A stretch of 31,645 nucleotides of DNA from Promethearchaeota archaeon (GTDB taxonomy: Archaea; Asgardarchaeota; Lokiarchaeia; Sigyniarchaeales; SOKP01). Location: positions 1-31,645 of the forward strand of contig JAHPZE010000039.1 in assembly GCA_019058365.1 (NCBI GenBank). The letters run 5' to 3'. Below, in pieces: positions 8,179 to 18,189 of this stretch (position 1 is its first letter; the number at the start of each line of letters is the position of its first letter). A program made the translations under genes and the position numbers. The notes beneath the pieces are model-generated. The model was not told the origin of the DNA and ran no database searches. It was given only the letters and a program-made list of their open reading frames with translations.

Positions 8179-8826
8179 ATGGATGTATTTGAAAAAATCA
8201 AAGAATTTAAAATTATACCCGTTGTTATTATAAATAATGTGAATGACGCGATTCCATTAGGAAAAACCTTAATTGAAGCAGGACTTCCAGTTATAGAAGT
8301 TACGTTTAGAACTGAAGCAGCTGCTGAATCCATTAAAAAACTTACTAAAGAACTACCAAATCTTTTTGTTGGAGCAGGTACAATTCTAAAAGTTGATCAA
8401 GTTAAAAAAGCTGTAGAAGCTGGTGCTCAATTCATAGTAACTCCAGGCTTCAATCCTAAAGTTGTAGATTATTGCGTAGAGCAAAATATTCCCATTATTC
8501 CTGGGCTGAATACTCCAACAATGGTAGAATGGGCACTTGACCGGGGTATAAAAGTAGTAAAATTTTTCCCCGCTGATCTTTCTGGTGGACCAAAAATGCT
8601 TAGAAGCTTAGCAGGTCCCTACCCTGATATGAGATTTTTACCTACAGGAGGAATAAATAGTGATTCCTTGAATAATTATTTGGAATTACCTAATGTAATT
8701 GCTTGTGGAGGCAGTTGGATAGTAAGAAAAGAATTAATCTCTGAAGGTAAATTTGAAGAAATCAAGAAGTTAATAAAAGAAGCACTTTCTTTAATAATTT
8801 CAAGAACTGAACATAATATGGTTTAA
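8179..8826 (+). CDS. eda: KDPG/KHG aldolase (bacterial-type Eda)
   Basis: IIPVV, EVTFRT, GAGT, FIVTPG, Schiff-base KFFPA, PTGG and GGSW motifs; ATG 8179 preferred over TTG 8167. Confidence 0.93.
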   Translation: MDVFEKIKEFKIIPVVIINNVNDAIPLGKTLIEAGLPVIEVTFRTEAAAESIKKLTKELPNLFVGAGTILKVDQVKKAVEAGAQFIVTPGFNPKVVDYCVEQNIPIIPGLNTPTMVEWALDRGIKVVKFFPADLSGGPKMLRSLAGPYPDMRFLPTGGINSDSLNNYLELPNVIACGGSWIVRKELISEGKFEEIKKLIKEALSLIISRTEHNMV

Positions 8827-8828
8827 AT

Positions 8829-9743
8829 GTGCAAATGAATGGTATAATATTTGACATTCAAAATTATGCGATATATGATGGACCTGGCATAAGAACTCTA
8901 ATCTTTTTGAAAGGATGCCCTTTAAAGTGTGTTTGGTGTCAAAATCCTGAATCACAAAAACTAACTCCCCAAATATCTTATTTTGAAGAAAAATGTTTAA
9001 AATGTGAAAGTTGTATTAACGCTTGTCCTAATAAGGCTCTTCAATTACAAAACGATAAAATTGTGAGAAATGAAAAACTTTGTACAACTTGTGGAACTTG
9101 TGTCGAAGCATGTCCAAATCAAGTTATGGAAATGGTTGGAAAAGAAATACTAATTGAAGAATTAGTTGAAATTGCGCTTAGAGATAAACCCTTTTATGAT
9201 AATTCGGGAGGAGGAGTGACGATTTCAGGAGGAGAACCTACGACGCAGATAAAATTTCTCTTAAAATTACTTAGAGCTCTGCAAGAAAAAGGGATCCATA
9301 CAGCAATAGAAACATGTGGCTATTTTAACGATGATATAATAGAAGATTTAATTAAAAATGTCGATTTGTTTTTATTTGATATTAAGCATATAGATTCTTT
9401 AATTCATAAAAAATATACTGGTGTCCAGAATGATAAGATTTTAGAAAACTTCTCAACCTTGCATTTAAAAATCGGTAGTGAAAGAATAATTCCTCGTATA
9501 CCCTTAATTCCAGGAGTAAATACAGACAAAAATACACTTAACAGTATAGCATCCTTCTTGAATAAAATAAATTACAATGGACCAGTACATCTAATGCCAT
9601 ATAATAAATTAGCAAAAACCAAATATGAAAAAGTAGGAATGGGGAATTTATATAGAGATATGGGAGAACTCTCAGAAGAAAATCTTCAAAATATTACACA
9701 TCTTTTTGAACAACATTCTTTTCATGTTGTTATTAATCATTAA
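8829..9743 (+). CDS. Glycyl-radical enzyme activating protein (radical SAM with 2x[4Fe-4S] ferredoxin insert)
   Basis: DGPGIRT, GCPLKCVWCQNPES, CLKCESCINACP, CTTCGTCVEACP, GGVTISGGEP, HTAIETCG; start at GTG 8829 or ATG 8835. Confidence 0.95.
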   Translation: MQMNGIIFDIQNYAIYDGPGIRTLIFLKGCPLKCVWCQNPESQKLTPQISYFEEKCLKCESCINACPNKALQLQNDKIVRNEKLCTTCGTCVEACPNQVMEMVGKEILIEELVEIALRDKPFYDNSGGGVTISGGEPTTQIKFLLKLLRALQEKGIHTAIETCGYFNDDIIEDLIKNVDLFLFDIKHIDSLIHKKYTGVQNDKILENFSTLHLKIGSERIIPRIPLIPGVNTDKNTLNSIASFLNKINYNGPVHLMPYNKLAKTKYEKVGMGNLYRDMGELSEENLQNITHLFEQHSFHVVINH

Positions 9744-9905
9744 ACTGACGACTCTTTTATTTCTCTTAATTTATCCCAAAATAACAAATTATAAATATTT
9801 CTACTATATAGTTTTTAATTAGATTTAAGAAACTTTAAGTTATTTTTAACAATTTTATAACAATCTAAATCTCTAACAGTTTACCTTAAAATGTGGTAAA
9901 AAATT

Positions 9906-12488
9906 ATGGAATTTATTGATAATGCGAGTGAGAGAATAAAAAGAATAAGAAGAAGATTTCTTGATGATACTCCTTTAATTTCAATAGAGAGAGCACAACT
10001 TTATACAGAGAAATGGAAGGAAACTGAAAACAAAGATTTTTCTCTTGGTGTAAGAGTTGCACTTTCAATGAGGAATGTTCTTGAAAACATGACTATATAT
10101 ATAGATCCTGATGATCAAATAGCGGGAAAATGGACAGAAAACTTCATCGGAATACCAGTTGACATTGAACGTGGATTATGGAACAGAGTTTTTGAAATTG
10201 AACTTGATGCAAAAACAATGAAAAAGTATATGAAAGAAAGTAATAAAAACTACATGTCATATATGATAAAAAAAATTGGATCCGATGGCCTTCGTGAATT
10301 ACTTGAAAATACCAAAAAAATAGGAGCTCCTATTACAACACTTGGAACTGAAACGTTAGAGGAAAGAAAAATAAATCCATATACAATTAAAGACGAAGAT
10401 AAAAAACTCCTTCTTACAGAACTTATTCCTTATTGGAAAGAAAAAACACTCGCTGATATTCTAGAAAAAGAATATGCAAATTCTGAGGTATATACTGGGG
10501 AAGCATATGAATTTTTATCTCATTTACCCTTAAAAACAGCTCAAAATGATATAGTAATATCTCCTTGTGCAGTGATTGGTGTATGGCAAGGTCATCTAGT
10601 TCTTGATTTTGAAACGGTCTTGAAAAAAGGACTCTTAGTTATGGAGAATGAAATACAAGATGAGATAGATAATAATAAAGGTTTAAAGGATGGACAGAAA
10701 GAATTTTTACGATCCATTAAGATAACGCTAAATGCTGTAATAATTTATGCCCATAGATTAGCAGAAAAAATAAAGGAAGAATTAAATAAGACTAGTAATG
10801 TTAAAAGAAAGAAAGAATTATCAGAGATGTATGAAATTTGTAAAAGAATCTCAACTTATCCACCTACTACATTTCGAGAAGCTGTACAGTTATTTTGGGT
10901 TGTCAAAACAACTGTAGATTTAGCTATACCTTTTAATGTACATGGTCCTGGTCGTCTAGATCAACTTTTTTATCCTTTTTATAGTTCAGACATTGTAAAA
11001 GGTCTTATCACTCGAGAAGAGGCACGAGAATTACTTGAAGAGTTAGTTTTAAATATAATGAGTCATAATATTCGTCCTTATTCTAATGCTGTAAGCGATT
11101 TTAGCCAACGATTTGAAGGCTCAGAACCAGTGACAGTAGGGGGTTTAAACGAAGATGGTAAAGATGCTACAAACGATCTTACTTATCTTGTATTAGAAGC
11201 AGCTGATAGATCAAAAGCTTCCCTTAATTTTGCTGTCCGTTTTCATGATAAAACCTCTGAAGAATTATATATGAAGGTTGCTGAAATCCAATACAATGGA
11301 TATTCAAGCATATCTGTATTAAATGATAATGTATGTATTGAAGCATTAAAGAATCGAGGTATTACTGAAAAAGATGCGAATGCCTATTCAATCACTGGAT
11401 GTGTGGATATGTGCAGTCCAGGGAAAACAGGAGGAATTGGCTTTTCAGCTCTCTTATTGTGTAGAACTCTGGATATGACACTTCGAAATGGTAACTGCTT
11501 AACAATTGGGGGTTTAGTAAATGATGTTGGATTGAAGACGGGAAACCCTGACAATTTTGATACTTTCGATGAATTTCTCGATGCTTTTAATCAGCAAGTA
11601 AATTTTGTTATTCAGAAAATAGTAGAAGCAACTACTATTCGTGATAGATTATTTGCGAATTATTTTCCTGCACCTTTCATATCTGCATTCATGCGAGGAT
11701 GCTTTAAGACTAAAAAGGATGTAACTCAAGGAGGAGCATATTACGATGCGGAAGGAATACTTATAATGAATAGTATTGCAAATATGGTCGATTCATTATT
11801 TGTAATTAAAAAACTCATCTTTGAGCAAAAAAAATTTACGTTTAAAGATTTAATTGAGGCAATCGACAATAATTTCACCGATAAATATAAAAAAATCCAT
11901 AAACTAATTTTAGATCTTGGAGGAAAATGGGGAAATGGAAACCCTGAATGTGATGAGCTTGCTCGAAAAGTCACAAATCGAATATTTGAGGAAACTTATA
12001 ATTATAAAACTTATAGAGGAGGAGTTTATGCGCCTTTTATTATATCAATGACTTCTCACACGTATGATGGACGAATAGGTATCGCAACGCCAGATGGTAG
12101 ACTAGCGGGGAAACCATTTGCAGCAAGCTGTAATCCATATAATGTTGAGAAGAATGGACCAACAGGTGTCATGCGATCAGTAGCTGCTCTTGATTTTCAG
12201 CATGTTTGTGGCTGTGCAGTTAACATACGAATGCATCCATCTGGGATTGGAAAAACAAGAGAAACTAAAAAAAAATGGATATCTCTTTTAAAAACTTACT
12301 ATAGTTTAGGAGGTCAACAACTTCAACCTACTGTCGTATCTACAGAAGTACTAAAAACAGCTCAACAAAACCCAGAACCATATAGAAATATAATTGTAAA
12401 AGTTGGGGGATATTCCGCTTATTTCACTGATTTAGGAAAAGAAATTCAAGATGAAGTCATTTCTAGAACAGAACATACTATAATTTAA
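9906..12488 (+). CDS. Glycyl radical enzyme (PFL-like superfamily, not true pyruvate formate-lyase), substrate unknown
   Basis: GRLDQ, single-Cys loop ITGCVD (C499), ATPDGR, Gly loop VKVGGYSAYF (G835); 860 aa; adjacent to an activating enzyme. Confidence 0.93.
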   Translation: MEFIDNASERIKRIRRRFLDDTPLISIERAQLYTEKWKETENKDFSLGVRVALSMRNVLENMTIYIDPDDQIAGKWTENFIGIPVDIERGLWNRVFEIELDAKTMKKYMKESNKNYMSYMIKKIGSDGLRELLENTKKIGAPITTLGTETLEERKINPYTIKDEDKKLLLTELIPYWKEKTLADILEKEYANSEVYTGEAYEFLSHLPLKTAQNDIVISPCAVIGVWQGHLVLDFETVLKKGLLVMENEIQDEIDNNKGLKDGQKEFLRSIKITLNAVIIYAHRLAEKIKEELNKTSNVKRKKELSEMYEICKRISTYPPTTFREAVQLFWVVKTTVDLAIPFNVHGPGRLDQLFYPFYSSDIVKGLITREEARELLEELVLNIMSHNIRPYSNAVSDFSQRFEGSEPVTVGGLNEDGKDATNDLTYLVLEAADRSKASLNFAVRFHDKTSEELYMKVAEIQYNGYSSISVLNDNVCIEALKNRGITEKDANAYSITGCVDMCSPGKTGGIGFSALLLCRTLDMTLRNGNCLTIGGLVNDVGLKTGNPDNFDTFDEFLDAFNQQVNFVIQKIVEATTIRDRLFANYFPAPFISAFMRGCFKTKKDVTQGGAYYDAEGILIMNSIANMVDSLFVIKKLIFEQKKFTFKDLIEAIDNNFTDKYKKIHKLILDLGGKWGNGNPECDELARKVTNRIFEETYNYKTYRGGVYAPFIISMTSHTYDGRIGIATPDGRLAGKPFAASCNPYNVEKNGPTGVMRSVAALDFQHVCGCAVNIRMHPSGIGKTRETKKKWISLLKTYYSLGGQQLQPTVVSTEVLKTAQQNPEPYRNIIVKVGGYSAYFTDLGKEIQDEVISRTEHTII

Positions 12489-12580
12489 TTCCCAAATTTC
12501 TATATCATTTTAATTGATTTTTTCAAGCTATGGAATTATTCAAGTTAATACTTCGATTATATTGTAAATTCAGTATAAAA

Positions 12581-13606
12581 TCACCAACGCCAAAATATAT
12601 CTTCAGCATGACCTAAAATGTCTTTAATATGAATTTTCTCACCATTATCTAATATTATATCTCCAGTATATAATCCATGAAGTAGGGATGAATTTAGATA
12701 AATCAATCCAAAATTGAGTTTCTCTTTATGTGGAATGAGAGGTGTTAAAACCATATTGAATCTATCATCATTACTGGTAAACTTCCAAGGTTTAGTAGGA
12801 TCTCGATCCTCATGATGAAAAGTTACTTCATCGATTTTATGAGCTTTTCCATCATAAAAGATGATATTTTCCGTATGAGTTGATAAATCTCCAAAACCAT
12901 ATCCAATATTAAAGGCAACTGGTACTCCATTTACAATTCCACACGCTGATCCCCATAACCAATGTGTGTGATAAGGCCAAATTCCACGTCCCCAATCCAT
13001 CAGACCAAATGAAGTATCTGGCTTGAAAGAGTATTCTTTTTCGCCAATCTGAAGTGATCCTTCAGCCGGCATCATGTTTATTTTATGATTATAATAAAAT
13101 AGTCTAGGATCATCTTTATAACCAGTCGCTACTACGGTATTATCCCATTCTGGTTTATCATCAAGAATAATAGTTCCTTTAATACCTTTATCTAAGAAAG
13201 TTGGGTCATCAATAGTTATTATTCTCTGCTTTCCTTTTTTTTCAATTATTGCGCAAAATTTCTTGGAAGGAAATTCAATCGAATAATCTTCTAAAGAACT
13301 AAGTGGCAAGAGTTTAGATTTCGTAAAAAACTTAAATTGTCCTTTCCCTTCTCGTTCATTCTTCTCAAAATCAAGCCATACATAACTCATCTGAGTAAGA
13401 TATCCAATGTCCCCGATTGTAAGTTGAAATCCAAATTGATTGTTTAATACAGAGAAATGATCCCACTCTTTGATACGAGACCAACCTTTTCCAATATCTT
13501 CTTTATTATAACTTAATATTGGTTTTCTTGCCCACCCCCTCTGTACAAGGGAGCCATCTTTATTAAATAAACCTGAAGGTATTGTTATTTCGTTTTGTTC
13601 TCCCAT
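12581..13606 (-). CDS. DUF2804-family protein
   Basis: GWAR.P, RIKEWD, FYYNHKIN, DWGRGIWPY...WLW, FNIGYGFGD, EN and terminal AE...RW motifs recalled for this family. Confidence 0.8.
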   Translation of the reverse strand: MGEQNEITIPSGLFNKDGSLVQRGWARKPILSYNKEDIGKGWSRIKEWDHFSVLNNQFGFQLTIGDIGYLTQMSYVWLDFEKNEREGKGQFKFFTKSKLLPLSSLEDYSIEFPSKKFCAIIEKKGKQRIITIDDPTFLDKGIKGTIILDDKPEWDNTVVATGYKDDPRLFYYNHKINMMPAEGSLQIGEKEYSFKPDTSFGLMDWGRGIWPYHTHWLWGSACGIVNGVPVAFNIGYGFGDLSTHTENIIFYDGKAHKIDEVTFHHEDRDPTKPWKFTSNDDRFNMVLTPLIPHKEKLNFGLIYLNSSLLHGLYTGDIILDNGEKIHIKDILGHAEDIFWRW

Positions 13607-13673
13607 AGTTAATTAAACTTATTATTGTTTTAAACCGATAGTTATTAAAAGATTTAAAGCAAAATAATACTTA

Positions 13674-13681
13674 TTATATAA
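13674..13681 (+). promoter_or_regulatory. Putative TATA box for a leaderless aminopeptidase transcript
   Basis: TTATATAA 25 nt upstream of ATG 13707, with an A-rich BRE-like stretch upstream and no RBS. Confidence 0.4.
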
Positions 13682-13706
13682 AATGTCAATTTTTATTGTG
13701 AATTAA

Positions 13707-14969
13707 ATGTCCTCAGAATTCGAAAAAAATTTAGATAAATTTGCAGAAGTAATTGTAAAAATTGGTCTGAATGTTCAACCTAGACAACGTTTATTAATCG
13801 GTGGACCTACAGCATATAGTTACGGGACACCTATAGAATTAGCTCCTTTAGTACGGTTGATTACAAAAAAAGCATATCAAACAGGAGCTAGATTTGTGGA
13901 AGTCTTTTGGGATGACGATAATTTACGTAAAATTCGATTTGAACACGCTCCAAGAGATTCATTTGAAGAATACCCCACTTGGCGAACTGATTGTCAATAT
14001 AAATTTGGTAAAGAAGGAGATTCTGTCCTTCTTTTTGCTGCCTGGAATCCCGATTTACTCAAGGGTTATGATACAGAATTGATGTCAACTGCACGTAATA
14101 TGTATCTTAAACATCGAAAAACTTTTGGTGACTTAATTTCTCAAAGTGCAGTGAATTGGTCAGGAATAGCAGCTCCCGTTGATGGTTGGACAGAAAAAGT
14201 ACTTCCTGATGTTGCTCCGGAAGAACAAAAAGCGAAATTATGGGAGATAATTTTTGAAATATGTCGGGTAAAAAATGAAGATCCTATCGCTGCCTGGGAG
14301 GATCACATAAAACAACTCGCAGCTAGGAGTAATTATTTGAATAAAAAGCGATATGAATCACTAAAATTGGCTGGTCCTGGGACAGATCTCATAGTTGGGT
14401 TACCTAAAAGTCATATTTGGGGAAGTGGTCGATTTAGAACCCAAAGTGGTATTGATTTTGTAGGAAATATACCCACTGAGGAAGTTTTCACAACAACCCA
14501 TAAGGATAAAACAGAAGGTATTGTGACTGCTACAAAACCTCTACCCACTGATGTTATGATTAAAGATTTTAGTTTAACTTTTTCAAAGGGACAGATCGTA
14601 GAAGCAACTGCAAAAAAAGGAGAGGAATATCTAAATAAAATTCTTGAAACCGATGAAGGGGCTAAACGATTAGGTGAGGTGGCGCTCGTGCCGTATAGTT
14701 CCCCCATATCACAATCAGGATTGCTTTTTTATAATGTTCTAATTGATGAAAATGCTGCCTCGCACATTGCTATAGGTCGAGGTTTTAAATTTGCTTTGGA
14801 AAAGGGCAGAGAAATGTCTGATGAGGAGTTTTCTGCTGCTGGTGGCAATATTAGCAAAACACACATTGATTTTATGATTGGATCAAACAAAATGGATATT
14901 GATGGAATCTTAAAAAATGGAAAAATTGAACCAATTATGCGTAAAGGAGAATGGGCTTTTGAAATTTGA
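13707..14969 (+). CDS. Aminopeptidase, peptidase M29 (AmpS/AmpT) family
   Basis: GLNVQP, NIPTEEVFT, LGEVAL, DENAASHIAIG, HIDFMIG metal-ligand motifs. Confidence 0.93.
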   Translation: MSSEFEKNLDKFAEVIVKIGLNVQPRQRLLIGGPTAYSYGTPIELAPLVRLITKKAYQTGARFVEVFWDDDNLRKIRFEHAPRDSFEEYPTWRTDCQYKFGKEGDSVLLFAAWNPDLLKGYDTELMSTARNMYLKHRKTFGDLISQSAVNWSGIAAPVDGWTEKVLPDVAPEEQKAKLWEIIFEICRVKNEDPIAAWEDHIKQLAARSNYLNKKRYESLKLAGPGTDLIVGLPKSHIWGSGRFRTQSGIDFVGNIPTEEVFTTTHKDKTEGIVTATKPLPTDVMIKDFSLTFSKGQIVEATAKKGEEYLNKILETDEGAKRLGEVALVPYSSPISQSGLLFYNVLIDENAASHIAIGRGFKFALEKGREMSDEEFSAAGGNISKTHIDFMIGSNKMDIDGILKNGKIEPIMRKGEWAFEI

Positions 14970-14972
14970 AGC

Positions 14973-16379
14973 TCATTCGATTTTTTGACAAATATTATCA
15001 ATTTTTTGAATTGTTTTATCAATAATTTCATCTGTGTGAAGCATACAAGTGTAGAATCTACTACCTGCTACAGATATAATCTCTTGATCCACCAAAGCAG
15101 CCCCCATTTCACCCATAAAATCTTTTCTATTTGGAAGCTCTCCCGCTTGTTTTGGATCACCCAAATCAAGTCCGAATAGGCAACTAGTATGAAAATGAAC
15201 TGTTCCTCCGTAATTATATGAGAACCAAGGCAAATCATAATTTTCAAATACATTATTTAATCCATTAGATAATCTTGTACCAGCTTTTATAGCTTTTTCT
15301 GTTGCATTGGTTTCTTCTACAAATTTAATAGCATAATACGCCGCTGCACATGTTAATGGATTTGCTGCTATTGTTCCACCCGAATAAGCTTTCTTACCCC
15401 CACCAACTCCACCGGCACATACATTCATTACATCAGCTCTTCCTCCAATTGCAGCAGCGGAAGGAAAGCCATGTCCTACGATTTTACCAAACACTGAAAT
15501 ATCAGGAGTATAACCAAAATATGCTTGTCCTCCACCCATATGTAGTCGAAAAGCACATACAACCTCATCTGAAATCATTAAAGCTTTATTCTCATGACAT
15601 AATTCTTCTACTTCTCTATTAAATCCCGGTCTTACGGGGAGGCTTCCGGATTCTCCGCCCATAGGTTCAACTATTACTGCAGCAACTTTACGCTTCTCTT
15701 TAAACATTTGTCTTAAAGTGTCAATATCGTTGGGTGGGCATGAATCAATCCATTTGAATATTGATTTTGGAATTCCATGGGATTCTAATAGCTTTGTTCC
15801 AGGAACGTGCATATCATATACGAGTTGATCAGACCAACCATGATAAGATCCACCAATTTTGATTACCCATTTACGGTTCGTAAAAGTTCTTGCTATTCTT
15901 ATAGCAAGCATATCTGCTTCAGTTCCTGATTGTAACCATCTAATAATTTCACATGAAGGAAAATGTTTTTGCAGCTGCTCAGCTGCTAAATATTCATATT
16001 CATTAGTTATTCCATGGCAAGGCCCAAATTCTTGAATAACTTCAACAACTTTATCAATTAATGGTTTATATTGATGACCTAAAATAATTGGTCCACCACA
16101 CATTAAGTAATCTGTTAAGACTACATCATCTACAGTCTCCATATAGCAATCATATACTCGCTTACTTGCTAAGGGAAACGGATGATTAAAAGCAAGATTA
16201 TGTTCAACTCCACCAGGAATGATTTTACGTGCTCTTTCATACGCTTCTTTGGATTTAGGATGATTTTTATGATACCTTTCAATTATCCCCTTTATTTCCT
16301 CTTGTTTAAACTTTTTAATTGGTTGGTTCACAATGTTTTCAATCTTAGCTTTCATTTCTTCATATTTCATACTAGACAT
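14973..16379 (-). CDS. PLP-dependent class-III aminotransferase (GSA-aminomutase-like, function uncertain)
   Basis: IPGGV, GPIILGH, SGTEA, GSYHGWSD, DEVVCAFR, PLP lysine in FGKIVGHGFP, SGGTIAANP. Confidence 0.88.
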   Translation of the reverse strand: MSSMKYEEMKAKIENIVNQPIKKFKQEEIKGIIERYHKNHPKSKEAYERARKIIPGGVEHNLAFNHPFPLASKRVYDCYMETVDDVVLTDYLMCGGPIILGHQYKPLIDKVVEVIQEFGPCHGITNEYEYLAAEQLQKHFPSCEIIRWLQSGTEADMLAIRIARTFTNRKWVIKIGGSYHGWSDQLVYDMHVPGTKLLESHGIPKSIFKWIDSCPPNDIDTLRQMFKEKRKVAAVIVEPMGGESGSLPVRPGFNREVEELCHENKALMISDEVVCAFRLHMGGGQAYFGYTPDISVFGKIVGHGFPSAAAIGGRADVMNVCAGGVGGGKKAYSGGTIAANPLTCAAAYYAIKFVEETNATEKAIKAGTRLSNGLNNVFENYDLPWFSYNYGGTVHFHTSCLFGLDLGDPKQAGELPNRKDFMGEMGAALVDQEIISVAGSRFYTCMLHTDEIIDKTIQKIDNICQKIE

Positions 16380-16530
16380 AGTAAATCAAAATTAACATTA
16401 TTTTGGTAACTAAATTAATTAGTAAATTGTACCATCAAAAATTAAGTTTATTTTTATGTAATGATAAAAGATATATTTTAAGAGTTACCTAAAAAAATCT
16501 TTATTTACTTTAACATCATTAATATAAATT

Positions 16531-18153
16531 ATGTCTAATTCTCAAAAAAAATATATTTTAGCAATTGACCATGGAACGGGTGGTCCAAAATCTGCTATTG
16601 TTTCTACTGAAGGGGAGATCATTGAATGGGCTTTTGAAGAAACTCCGTTATATGCTCTTAAAGGTGGTTCTGTCGAACAAAACCCAAGTGATTGGTGGAA
16701 TGCTATAATAAAAACCTCTAAGAAAGTAATTGATAGTGGGAATGTTCCGGTTGATGATATTGTGGGGGTATGCAATACCAGTCAATGGAGCGGAACTGTT
16801 GCTGTTGATAAAGATGGAAATCACCTAATGAATTCAATAATTTGGATGGATACAAGAGGGGCAAAGTATATTGAAAAATTTTATAAGAGCCTAATTCAAG
16901 TTTCAGGATATTCGTTATCTAAAATTTTAAAATGGATAAAACGAACAGGAGGGGGTCCCAGTCAGACTGGGAAGGATCCTATAGCACATATATTATGGAT
17001 TAAGAACGAACTTCCAGAGATTTATAATAAAACTTTTAAATTCTTAGAACCACAAGATTTTATTAATTTAAAACTTACGGGAAAGTTTGCTGCTTCCCCT
17101 GCTTCAATTCACGTTCATTGGATAACAGATATCAGAGATATTAATAATGTAAAATATTCAAAAAAGCTTATCAAAGGCTTTAAAATAGACCCAGAAAAAT
17201 TACCAGAACTTAAATCCTCAATAGATATACTTGGATCACTAAAGAGTAGCGTGGCTGATGAATTAGGATTGAATAAAGACGTTAAAGTTGTTATGGGTGC
17301 TCCAGATCTACCAGCAGCATCAATTGGATCAGGTGCGGTTAATAATTATGAAACGCATATTTATGTTGGTACTTCTGATTGGATAACGTGCCATGTTCCT
17401 TATAAAAAAACAGATATTAATCATAATATGGCTAGTGCTCCATCTGCAATTCCGGGAAGATATTTTATTGCCAATGAACAAGAAATCGCTGGAGGTGCTC
17501 TATCATTTCTTAGGGATAACATATTGTATCATAAAGATGAGTTATTAAAAGAGGAAGTGGTTCCCGATGTTTATAAAATATTTGATCGAATTGTAGAAAA
17601 GGTTCCTGCTGGCTCAAATAATCTAATCTTTACTCCTTGGCTTATTGGAGAAAGAGCTCCTGTTGATAATCATACTGTAAGAGGTGGTTTATATAATCTA
17701 TCATTAGAGATGTCTCGTGAGCATATAATAAGAGCGATTTTTGAAGGCGTTGCATATAATATACGATGGTTATTTATGTATATAGAGAAATTTATCCAGA
17801 AATGGAAAATGCAAGAAAATCCGAATATATCAAAGAGAGATATTATAATTCCAGAGCTTAATATTATCGGTGGAGGGGGTCAGAGTAACATATGGTGCCA
17901 AATTTTTGCTGATGTTCTTAACAGAAAGATAAAAAAAGTAAAGAATCCAATTCAAGCACAAGCTCGTGGTGCTGCGTTTATTGCATCTGTAGGATTAGGA
18001 TACCTTAAATGGGAGGAAATTCAGAGATGTTGTGAGATATCAAACGTTTTTACGCCCAATCCAGAAAATCGTCAAATTTATGATAAACTCTTCAAAGAAT
18101 ATATAAATATCTACAAAATTATGGGAAAAACCTATAAAAATTTGAATCTTTAA
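16531..18153 (+). CDS. FGGY-family carbohydrate kinase (xylulokinase-like)
   Basis: LAIDHGTGGPK, EQNP..WW, IIWMDTR, GERAP, RAIFEGVA, GGGGQS..WCQIFADV. Confidence 0.92.
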   Translation: MSNSQKKYILAIDHGTGGPKSAIVSTEGEIIEWAFEETPLYALKGGSVEQNPSDWWNAIIKTSKKVIDSGNVPVDDIVGVCNTSQWSGTVAVDKDGNHLMNSIIWMDTRGAKYIEKFYKSLIQVSGYSLSKILKWIKRTGGGPSQTGKDPIAHILWIKNELPEIYNKTFKFLEPQDFINLKLTGKFAASPASIHVHWITDIRDINNVKYSKKLIKGFKIDPEKLPELKSSIDILGSLKSSVADELGLNKDVKVVMGAPDLPAASIGSGAVNNYETHIYVGTSDWITCHVPYKKTDINHNMASAPSAIPGRYFIANEQEIAGGALSFLRDNILYHKDELLKEEVVPDVYKIFDRIVEKVPAGSNNLIFTPWLIGERAPVDNHTVRGGLYNLSLEMSREHIIRAIFEGVAYNIRWLFMYIEKFIQKWKMQENPNISKRDIIIPELNIIGGGGQSNIWCQIFADVLNRKIKKVKNPIQAQARGAAFIASVGLGYLKWEEIQRCCEISNVFTPNPENRQIYDKLFKEYINIYKIMGKTYKNLNL

Positions 18154-18167
18154 CCTCTTTTTTTTTT
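18154..18167 (+). terminator. T-tract terminator after the kinase gene
   Basis: CCTC followed by a run of about 11 T directly after TAA, between convergent genes. Confidence 0.55.
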
Positions 18168-18189
18168 AAAAACCCTACTTCCTCTTATT

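Noticed and set aside
9906-12488. Annotation as pyruvate formate-lyase (pflB)
   Set aside because: Lacks the adjacent Cys-Cys pair, and its activase has a ferredoxin insert typical of non-PFL GREs
14973-16379. Annotation as hemL
   Set aside because: Motifs diverge, and the context is a sugar kinase rather than tetrapyrrole genes
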